Positions 53,742 to 64,000 of a stretch of DNA of 64,000 nt are shown here, piece by piece (position 1 is the stretch's first letter; every line of letters begins with the position of its first letter). The notes beneath the pieces are model-generated. The model had not been told where the DNA came from. It made no database searches and worked only from the letters and a program-made list of their open reading frames with translations. The translations under genes were made by a program, and so were the position numbers. Source of the DNA: Azolla caroliniana (taxonomy: Eukaryota > Plantae > Polypodiophyta); NCBI GenBank assembly GCA_043228905.1, contig JBHGNT010000010.1:3472001-3536000 (forward strand), given 5' to 3'.

Positions 53742-55548
53742 CTTAACCATTCACCTTGGGAATTTCCCCAACGTTCAGTATCAATGTAGTTGCAATATAG
53801 ATCAATCTTAGGTCTATGTTGAGTACTTCACTCCTTCATGTGTAGACATTCTAGTTTGATTGAGTAAAACACGCAATCATGTTTGCATGTCCCTTTCTTT
53901 TACTCTGCTTGTACTTTCAGAATTTCTTTTCACACTGCCATGGTGCAAACCCTTTCTAGATAGACAATAGAAAATTATATTTGTGGTTTGTTATGGTCAA
54001 TGTTTGATTTCCCAGTTGATGGACGAGGTGATTGTAAGGCATTCTGCTTTCAAGTTTCAATATATACTTGCAAACACTATGAAGGGCATAGAACTCTATT
54101 AAGCTTCTTCTTTGTTCCCAAGAGCATGACAATGTATGCAATTTTGTTAACCCCTAAATGATAGCATAAATATTTCTTTGTGAGGGACAAAGCCTAATTG
54201 GAATGCATTTGCTACATTCCTTATTTTGGAATTGCCAAAATCCCTTTTGTGGAAAATGGCGGTACACATTATCATGCTACATCACACATGTATTTCATTG
54301 TTTTAAGGTTACCACTTGTTCCACACTATGAAATCCTTGAACTAGAAATTCATCGACGTGCTTGTATGATCAATCCTTCATTGAAATGCATCAAGGCAAA
54401 ACTTGTCATATATAATCAAGGCTAATAAGAAACATGATATATTGATTCGCAACTCAAGTTTACTAACTGAGCACACATACACATAATGTACAAATTTCCT
54501 ACAACTTTTGATATTGATCTAATTAAAATGTGAACGAAAAAAGACTTGTATATTTTATGAGGAAAAGGAAACAACACAAGAGAGAATAATAAGAAAACCA
54601 AATGCAATGGACATAATGGTTTGTATACAAACTATGCCAAGATTGATTACTCTTGAGCTGCAAGCATTGGCCAAAGATATCATAAAATGTTGAGGATGAT
54701 GTTTTTGCTAGAGTTGTAACCTTTATAGTATATCCATAAATCCACTTTGGACACAGCAAGGTCATAAAAATCAATCGTAACTGAATGATGGCAATTTGTC
54801 AAAGCTTCTTTGAATGCTCGATGTTGGATTCTCACAACTACCTCATCCTTATTGGTAGGATCCCCTCATTTCTTCTACTTAGGCTCAAGCTTTGTTAACA
54901 TTCACAAAGGAAGAGTAATATTAACTAAGACAAGACTAATTTCGATCACACTATGAAAGGAACTCACATGATTAACTATAAACATACCAAATGATAAAGA
55001 TATTGTATGCCTTCAAGAATTGATGTCATTGTACAAAGAACTCCGTGTGATGCAAGTATCAACAGCCACGCCTTCGATCAGTTGAAAAAATAGCACTTAA
55101 AAGATCCTAAACCCAAAATCTACCAAACATTTGCAACCATGCCAACTAGCTCATCAAAGAAGTTTAGATATAATTTTGGGTTATGCAATGCTAATATGTC
55201 AACAGTTTCCCAAATGGTGTATTATTATTGAACTCACCATGAAGACTTCATTCTTTGAATGCCAAATTGTGACATCACAACTTTGATGAATAAAATATCG
55301 TGTTTGGTTTCAATATAACTATAAATCTTTTTACTTGGAATATGCATTCCCATAGAACATGCCATAAATAAGCATTTTACTAGGGCACTCTCATATAATT
55401 TTTGCTCCTTCCATTCCTCCTTATCACCTAATCCATCACAAATAGCATAAATACTATTTGGAATATAGTAAGGTGTCTTTTCTTCTTCCTTTTCACTTCT
55501 CATCAAGAGATACAAGGTATGTCACAAGTCATGGACAGTAGTCCATTT

Positions 55549-58500
55549 TCATACAGAGTTAGTGGCCTCTTTCGTCTCACTACTTTCCAAGAATGATTTA
55601 TTCACCTTGGAATGAGGTTTTAGGTTAGAAAAACCCAGTGGTTTCTGTGAACTTTGCTTTGTGTTGACATCACTTCCTTCATGTTGAAGGTTTAAGAATG
55701 TGTACATGGCCATTCCTGACAAGGCCATTGTCGCTCCACAAATGCTCTTGGGACCTGGGTTTGCCTGAAAGAGAAGGAACCCTCCAAGAAGGATCACACA
55801 AGTCTTGAATTGCCCAAGCACTACATGTGAAATGGCCGATGTTGCACTGACAAGATAATGGAGAATATTAAAAACCAGTATATATTAAATATGCATCGCA
55901 AAATCATATATACCTTCATACATACATGTGGCATACATGCATGCATATATATATATATATATATGATATATCCATATAGATACACACATACGTGTATACA
56001 CTCTATACATATGTCAAGAGATTCGCATACATACACAGAAAATATGCATACATATGTAGCAAGAGATACATACATATTTGGCAAATGTATATGTAGTGAC
56101 AAAGATACATACATATTTGGCAAATGTATATGTAGATATGTACATACATCCATGCATGCATAATTTTTTTCAGTATGTATGTATGCATGCATGCAATAAT
56201 TTTATTTCGCAATACAATATGTTTCCCATGGAAACCCCATTTGCCAAAAGGACTAATAAATATAGTCATCTTCAGACTAAACATATATGGCCAATCATAC
56301 AGACATGTACATGTATATATGTGTATTGGTATGTGTGTATACACACACACACATCTAAAAATAAATATAGAACTAAATATATAGATACATGCAGATAGGA
56401 TCTTGAGATTTATGTACACAGCTTACCCTAATGCTAGAGCCCCAGACCATTGCAGCAGAAAACCAAAGAAGGCAGATAGAAAGATTGCCATCGTATTTGT
56501 GAGGTTCCAATTGAATGTGAGAAGACCCGGCGGATCCAAACAAGGCATTAGAGCTATGAGTGATACAAATGTGATTGGTGTCGTCTTCCACATTAAGCTG
56601 ATATATACCAGAAGATTAAAAACACTTCAAAAAATGACAATCTGTCCAGAACTTGAAAACAAAAAAGAATTTCCAATCTGTACCTACTCCAGATCCTCAA
56701 ACTACATAAGAAAGTACTTTCAATTCACACACAGTTTCAAAACATACAAAACATTCAAGAATTAAAAATAAACGTGCACACATATAGACCTCAAGACAAT
56801 CTTACAAAAAAGAAACATAAACAAAGCTTCGAGTTTATTCTTCATTTTTTGACTTACCCAAGTGCTGTCCAATTCCCCTGCTGCTGCAAGCTAGACCATA
56901 AAATTTTATTGGCAGCACTAGGAGCAATCCAAGCAATTGCAACTAAGGCACCAAAGAAATTGAAATCAAGGTCAGTTACAGTCGCAATCGCAACACCGAA
57001 AGAAACCACCATCAATGAGAGTGCCTGAGGCCATAGATCCAAATCCAGTTAAGCTTAGATAATTGGTTAACTAATACATATCAGGTAATTACAAGAATAA
57101 CCCTAAGTTTTTCAAAATTTACCAGAAAAACCCTCTGCTGGAGTACAAAATGTTGGTACCTTCTGCAAATTTTGGTCTTTTGGTATCTTTTGCAAATTTA
57201 GGGATATTCTTGCAGATTTAGGAGAATTTTGGGAGTTTTTGCCCTACATAGATTTAAAATAATAATGAGTCTTTTTACCTTTTGGAAGGAAACACGTTTC
57301 CCAAAAATTACTAATTCAGTGAATACAATTGTTGGAGTGACAGCAATTTTTGCCATCTGATAGAATCCTACACTGGATATTTAACATCAGGAGAAATTTG
57401 TCTTAGTGGAGATCAATGTAAGAGTTATCCTTCTTTGTAGTGCATGAAAATCACTAAAGTAAGAAATATTGTAGTCTTAAACAGAAACATGATCCAGTAC
57501 TTTTAATCATGGTGGGTAGATTTCACCTGTTATGCTTTAAGCTTACGTTCGCAAGCCCACTAGCAAATGACATTACTACACCAAGGGATAGAAGAGAGAT
57601 AAAAGGGGTCTTGGATGATGGAGCTGCAGGAATCAAAGAGAATACATTGAGGACAGCCATCAGAGCCCAGCTCACCCCATAATGGATAACTGTAAGAGCT
57701 ATAGGATAGTTGAATCCCACCTTGCCTAATAACTGCAAAAGACAAGAATAAACTATTCCCAATCATAGGTCCGAATATGTATACATTCTGTATCCAGATA
57801 TATTAATTTATTATGTACTATAATCATAAAGATAAAAGTGCCACACTAATACTAGCGCAATGTAGCATAAATAGTCCAAAATGCATTATTCATATTCATA
57901 GAAACCCGTTTAAAAATGTTACAACCACCTGGTGCACCTTTTTACTATTTAAGAATATTTGCTATTGTGCTTGAGAACATTTGTCATGGCAATCATTCAA
58001 ATATTGCCTAATGAACATTTCATATTCAAAACATATATATGATCAATGTCAAAAACACACATTATGCACATGGATTAGCCGGACTGTTTGACCAAGATAT
58101 TACGGGTCCCTCACCTTTTTCACGAGAACACTTGGTAATCATCAGGAGATTGAAAAAAGCAACTCGATCTAATGAAAGAAGGCAGGGGTTAAGGAAATTA
58201 TCAAATTTGGAATCTATTTGGTGAAAGTTGAGACCATTATCATGTCTATATCTACTTCTTACATTCTCCCCTCTTTTTTCAACTTGAACCTCAATTTTGC
58301 ATTCTTATAGAAAATCAAACAACCAACGCGAGCAAAAAAGAGAACAGGCAAATGGCGTGAACCTTTCATGAAAAAACAAGCAGTGTAATAGGCTCACCAG
58401 CTTATTCATAAGAATGATGGCGATTGCAACGATGAAGTTGAAAGATAATGCAATCTTTGGGCCACAGAAACGTAGTTGTTGACGTTTAGCGCCTTCACCA

Positions 58501-58830
58501 GTGAGGAATTCATTCATAAAAGATGACCTTATCTCCTCCAATGATCTTGCTGTTTAAAGAAGAAGAAAAACAGCATTAGAAACACAAGAATTCATCTTGG
58601 AAAAGAAACCATACAATTATCAGCACACAAACTACAATGTAGCGTTTTAGAAGCAGATAAGAGATGATCAATTAAGTATTAACAAATGAAGAAGCCATAA
58701 ATAACTGTAGCCAAGAAGAAACCATACTTCGGTCTCCAGCATCACTGTCTTTCCGTTTCAGCAATTTCTGTACATCTTTGCTGAGGAAGTACTTTAGTGT
58801 TTCTCCCACAGCAAGCTTCAGCACAGCCAT
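55549..58830 (-). CDS. Nucleotide-sugar transporter (TPT/NST family, At5g57100/At5g55950-like), coding exons 58830-58728, 58549-58398, 57732-57527, 57372-57279, 57024-56858, 56597-56427, 55846-55549
   Basis: Spliced product contains KDVQKLLKRKDSDAG, CGPKIALSFNFIVAIAIILMNK, LANVSLKHNSVGFYQMAKIAVTPTIV, ALGLMWKTTP and GATSAISHVVLGQFKTCVILLGG; all junctions GT-AG with consistent phase. Confidence 0.94.
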
Positions 58831-59689
58831 GGAAAATTTGTATGGAACAGAGCAAAAGAATCCTTAAGACTTTTTCCACAGCTCCTAGAGATCATCAGAT
58901 CTAATGATCCACATATATGCGTATTCAAATAAAACCCCAAAACTTCGATCAGAAAATGTGGTTTGCTTGCTTCAACCCAAAAGACAAGGCATCCCTGCAA
59001 TGAACAGGAGACATGGTATTTACCGTAAACTTTAAAGTTTCAAAATCAGTGTCTTTATTCCAAAAAAAAATCTGAGTTAATTCACATTCTTCCAAAACTG
59101 TGTCACTTAAAAAAAATCATCTTCCAACCATTACTAATTACTCCCAATGCACAGTGGAGCAAAACAATTCTAGAAATCCTGAATCCTAAAGCTTGTTTTA
59201 CCAAACATTATAAAAATGAAGTTAATTTTCACGAGAATTGTGATTATTGTTTATGTTTTCTTCCACCAGGTTTTACAGTTATGAGTATTCCAGGTATTTT
59301 ACTTGAATGTTGCCTTTCATATACTTAAGACACAAGATAGAATATACAAAGAAAATATATAAGAGTACTATAAATAACGGAAAGTGGTACAAGATGTCGA
59401 AAAAGGTCAATAAAGTAAAAATAAAATCTCGTTCTACAATGAAAAAGTGTCACCGATCATTTGAGGTCAATGTGTTCCTGGAATCTCCTAACGAATTGAT
59501 AAAGGATACACTTGATATTAATCGAGGATTTCGAATCATTTGAAAGACAGAAGATATTTGATATATGATTGAGGAAGATCAAACATTTGAATGAAAGAAA
59601 GAAAGGAAAATATCCTTTTCTGAATTTTAATTCTTTTAAATGTCACATAATGATTTAAATTCCTGATAAAGAGATTGACTCTTACGCCA

Positions 59690-60020
59690 AAACTTTTCAC
59701 AATACCATATTTTCGAAAGGAAAAATATATGATGAGAACCCATGGATGTGGATTCAGATGCCAACTAATTGATGCCAGTAAGACAACATTGTCCTTCATT
59801 ACTATAGACTAAATGGTGTGTTGCTGTTATAAACTAAGTTTCACAATACCATATTTTTAGAAGGAAAACAATACAATGAATGATAAGCCATGAGTGTGGA
59901 TTCATATTTTAAGTCAACTACTTAATGACAATAAGACAACATTGTTCTTTGTTCCTATAAGCGAAATTTTAAACTAACCTTCAAGACACCACGTTTTTGA
60001 AAGGAATACAATATAAAGGA
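59690..60020. repeat. Diverged ~145-bp tandem repeat (about 2.3 copies) in the putative transporter 5' UTR intron
   Basis: TTTCACAATACCATATTTT..AAGGAAAA..GTGGATTCA..TAAGACAACATTGT recurs at ~59695, ~59839 and partially at ~59980. Confidence 0.7.
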
Positions 60021-61052
60021 TCGAATCGTGTAGGTTCGGCAGGACTTCATTGACCTACCTAACTTTGGTAAATACTATATGCGTAACCTGAATGCTTGTG
60101 GTAATGTAATATAACACAGTAAAACTATATGGAAGACCCTGCATTTATTTCAGAGAATTAAGTCATGATCTCTGTAAAGACCATCCATGCATATAAAGGG
60201 ACTTGTGAAAGCCAGATATGATTCACTTGAATATTCAAATAAAGATGAGGATTTTTAGTGAATAATTGAGAATGAGAAACTATATAACACTTGGAAAAAG
60301 AAAAAACCTTTGAATCGAAACAGAAAAACCTAAAATAAAAACCGTAGTACACTAGAGAAGCAGTATTGCTACTTTAGAGACATCATATAACACTCTAGAG
60401 ATGTTAAAGTTACAATCAACAAGAATTACAAACAAAGAAATATGTGAAAGAGCTATGGAGATAAGAAGAAAAAGAACGAGGATACTAATAATCACCACCG
60501 CATATATGTATATATACATCATTGAAAAAACAATATGTGAACCTAAGATAACTGACAGAGAATGAAAATGTAAGCTAAAACAGCGCAAGACCAAATTTTA
60601 GGAGGATAAAAAGGAGATATAAATACATACATGATCTGGAGTGGATAAGTCTGATGATCAAGATGATGAATAAAACTTGAATTGGGAAGAGAAATAATTT
60701 TCTTATTGAAAACAGAGATCTACATTTAAGCTGAGGTTTTTGAACAAATCCAGAAGAATCATAGGAAGAACAAAAAAGGAAGTTACTTTTAATTCTTCCA
60801 CCATACAGTCAACATACACAAACACACACACCCACATATAAAATGGAAAGAAAGAGAGAGATAAAAGATTGATGCAGTTAGAGAAAATGGAGCGTGTGAA
60901 AAAAAAATGGAATGGAATGCTCGTATGAAGGGGGATTGAAAGAAAAGAAGAGAAGAGAAGAGAAAACCCACAATGCAGATAAAGAAAGAGAACACAAGAG
61001 AGAGAGAGAGAGAAGAAAGACAGCCCAAAAGCATATATATAGAAAGAAAGGC

Positions 61053-61114
<62 letters not shown>

Positions 61115-61119
61115 CATAC

Positions 61120-61230
61120 CTTGCTTGAGAAATGGAAGTAAAAAGAATGAGAACAGAACAAACTCGAGGTTCTTTCTGCAGGGAATATATAATTCATTCA
61201 CTTTAGAGGAGCAGAGAAGGTGATGAAGAA
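61120..61230 (-). promoter_or_regulatory. Putative non-coding first exon of the transporter, followed by a ~2.1-kb 5' UTR intron
   Basis: Strong donor AAG|GTATGT at 61120/61119 on -, followed by (CT)n; candidate acceptors TTGCAG (~58995) and CTCTAG (~58885). Confidence 0.55.
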
Positions 61231-61304
61231 ATATGAAATTACAAAAGGTACCCCTCTCTCTTTTTTTGTACAGGGGCATTTTCTCTACAATTATCAAAAA
61301 TTCA

Positions 61305-61347
<43 letters not shown>

Positions 61348-61359
61348 ATTTATTGTAAT

Positions 61360-61556
61360 TAGCTTACCCTAAGTGTGGTTTTACATTGTATTAGCACTAC
61401 CTACATCTTGGGTTCGAGACCCAATTTTCTCACCTCTCTATTATTCCATAGATATCTCTTATTTCACCATATGCCACTCTGTTGAATGTAGGGGGTTGAA
61501 CCCATGACCACCTGCTGGTCTCCATTGGTCAACCTTACCAATTGAGCTAAATCCAT
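61360..61556 (-). mobile_element. Third locus of the two-headed tRNA-derived repeat, next to (CT)n
   Basis: Minus strand reads GGATTTAGCTCAATTGGTAAGGTTGACCAATGGAGACCAGCAGGTGGTCATGGGTTCAACCCCCTACATTC; plus strand has GGGTTCGAGACCC. Confidence 0.78.
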
Positions 61557-61610
61557 CTCGGCACACACTCGAGGAAGGATCGCCTTACACTGTCTTCTAT
61601 GCAAGCACTA

Positions 61611-61669
61611 CTAAACCCTAAACCCTAACCCGGGTCTGGCTAGAAAACTGACGGAGATTGTATATAAAA
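61611..61669 (+). promoter_or_regulatory. Tandem telo-boxes plus TATA box
   Basis: CTAAACCCTAAACCCTAACCC at 61611-61631 and TATATAAAAG at 61661-61670. Confidence 0.55.
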
Positions 61670-61757
61670 GCGCTTTGTGACCCTCCTGTGCCAAAATTCA
61701 ACTCTAGTGTCAACCATGTCGGAAATCAAAGTGATGAATACCATATGACTATACTCC

Positions 61758-61927
61758 CAGTGGTAAATAGACTTCTGGATCAAATGTATCCGTTATGTGA
61801 TAAATAGAAGTCTGGATCAAATGTATTCATTATGTGATTAGTGGTAAACAGACTTCTGGATCAAATGTATTCATTGTGTGATTAGTGGTAAAATGGATGT
61901 CTGGATCAAATGTATTCATTATGCAAT
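61758..61927. repeat. 38-45-bp tandem repeat, 4 copies
   Basis: TCTGGATCAAATGTATYCRTTRTG core repeated four times. Confidence 0.9.
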
Positions 61928-63232
61928 TCGCTTACGTATGGAGCTTAAATTGTGTCTGACTACTCTAGAAAAAAAAGAACTATTCGCATGGTCGTAAGTC
62001 CATCCATGTATATAGTCTAGAGTACATGTCAAACCTTTGAAGACTTTTTAAGGTCTAGAAATGGGAGGCACCTCAATTCAATAGGTCACCTACCCAATAT
62101 CAATAAGTGAGTTCAGCATTTATATGCTTCATAGACAATGTTGTTCCTCGATCTATAATTGTTATCTTATAAATTATTGTGTTAATCTCGTTGTAGGTAC
62201 ATGCAATATGTTGTATACTTTTGACGATAAAAATAATGTCATCACGCATCCATCACTGATTTTTCTTTACAATAATGGCCCACTTTGCAGATCTCGTTCT
62301 ACATTACCTACTTAATGAATTGAAGTTTGTAAATAGATTAAGGGTTGAGAAGCTGCCAGTCACCATTGCTTGAGCTAATAAAAGTATGTATGAAGAACTC
62401 CAATTATCCTAATTATATAGGTGAAAGACCAAACAAGCAATATTTGAGTCGTGACTTGTGTCCTCTAACATTTTATTCACTCATAATAAATACTTGAGTT
62501 GGCCAAGGTTCCTGTTGGTTTTACTAAACATGGAAGCTAACATCTTGAATTTGGATCCATGATATGAGGCCACTATAGGTCATACACGTAAATTTAAAAT
62601 GTTATATAACCTACTTTTCCAATATTTTAAAATGGAAGGTAGATTTTTTGTCATGCCCCTTATGTTCTCTTGTTTCAATAAAGCTATATATCTTAAAGAG
62701 CACAATTCATGAATTTTAACATCGGACACAATTAATGTGTCATAGAAGGGAGAGCAAAGCACAGATGTACATTTTTTTATGGTTGTGAATTGTTGGATAT
62801 CATGTATCGCCTCCTTTTCATCAAGTGTGTTGCTGCGTCACGTATTGTTTTCTCTCTTTAACTTTCTTTTCTAAAGGGACTAGTTAATGGAAGCCTTTGT
62901 GAAATGTCTCATGCTGTATAGATTCATTTTCTACGAAATTCAAGTGGTTGATTTGTATGTTTGGCTACAATTATCCATTAGTTAGTTGTTCACGTGTTCC
63001 AAGTGACACATGCATTTTATGTGAAGGAATAAGCAAGAATTTCTTCCTCCAATGGAGACCCTCAACAGGAACATCTTTTCAAGTGAGACAAGCACCGACT
63101 TTTGTTTCTTGTCATTGATTTAGGATATACATATGATGTGTAAAAACATAAAGAAGTACTACAGAAATATAATAGTGTGGCATTTCATTCTTCTTTATGT
63201 CCATGTGCAACTTTCAAAAAAACGAGCCTTTG

Positions 63233-63410
63233 TCTTTCACCATTGTTTGTTGATTATATATATGATATTATAGATGCGAATCCTTTCAAAATAGTACAGT
63301 ATAAAATACAGAAAACAACTCTTTCAACATTGTTTGTTGATTATATATATGATATTACAGATGCGAATCCTTTCAAAATAGAATAGTATAAAATACAGAA
63401 AACAACTCTT
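63233..63410. repeat. ~87-bp near-perfect tandem duplication
   Basis: CTTTCAMCATTGTTTGTTGATTATATATATGATATTAYAGATGCGAATCCTTTCAAAATAG..AGTATAAAATACAGAAAACAACT occurs twice. Confidence 0.93.
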
Positions 63411-64000
63411 GACATCCTCATCGAACACAAGACACAAGAATAGGATCCCAATGCCCACTCATGTTTGAGCTCTGCTCCCCATGAGAGTAATTTGATGTAT
63501 CATGAAGTGGGATTTAAAATAAAAACAAGAACAATATGAATATATGCTTTCTTGATAATCCATCATATATCCAACAAGTATTAGAGCCAATTTGAAATAT
63601 GAAACCAAGTCTAAAGGTTGAATAACCGTTGGAATTCTATGAGGCAAAATTACATTAAAGGGTGTGTTATTCAAAGGTCAAAGATATGATGATCCTTCCA
63701 TTCCACTTTGTTATTCTCTAAATTAAGAAAACACTAATCCTTCACACTAAAGAACACATTAAACCATAATGGCACAATTAACCGTACACGCACATCGAGA
63801 TTATAAGATAAATGCGGGTACATATAGGTCAAGATTGATGACGTGGTGATCAAAGGTAGAACATTGTTATGGAGTATGATATTTAGACTCATGAACTTGT
63901 TCAAGGAGAAGTATGCACAATTAATTAATCTCTTTGTTTGTGTGTTTCCGAGTCACTTGCCGCCGTCCCTGCGGTGTAGGCCCTAGGAGGTGTCTCATAC

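Noticed and set aside
55821-56419. Several overlapping 100-138 aa ORFs
   Set aside because: They lie in the last transporter intron and consist of TA/CA/TG low-complexity sequence.
60703-61297. Hydrophobic and ER-repeat ORFs
   Set aside because: Derived from the (GA)n microsatellite and pyrimidine-rich leader/intron.
61611-61631. Telomerase RNA template or telomere remnant
   Set aside because: Only ~3 repeat units, located upstream of the TATA box, with no USE element seen; better explained as telo-boxes.

Overview
This is AT-rich eukaryotic land-plant nuclear DNA, probably from a fern or other non-seed plant (inference only). Four host genes could be reconstructed by hand with in-frame GT-AG junctions: a 5-exon chloroplast Rubisco chaperone RbcX (3388-8955, -), an intronless receptor-like cytoplasmic kinase of the At3g51990/At1g28390 type (35323-36720, +), a 5-exon cytokinin dehydrogenase (42543-45216, -) and a nucleotide-sugar transporter with 7 coding exons, At5g57100/At5g55950-like (55549-58830, -). 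There is also an orphan repeat-rich ORF (21568-23031) followed by RNA Pol II CTD-like heptads. Intergenic DNA holds several L1-type LINE relics (three with target-site duplications), a truncated LTR element with a tRNA-Trp primer-binding site nested in a LINE, a hAT-type MITE, and many tandem repeats and microsatellites. The most unusual signals are three. (i) A dispersed ~170-200 bp repeat built from two convergent tRNA-like heads, next to (GA)n and upstream of two genes. (ii) A 3.4-kb mosaic of tRNA-Ala-derived units in both orientations that brackets a decayed coiled-coil/RING-H2 gene. (iii) The orphan ORF with ten KRVQTP-type repeats plus Y-x-x-S-S-P-N heptads. All family assignments come from motif recognition, not database searches, and repeat boundaries are approximate unless anchored by TSDs or splice sites.
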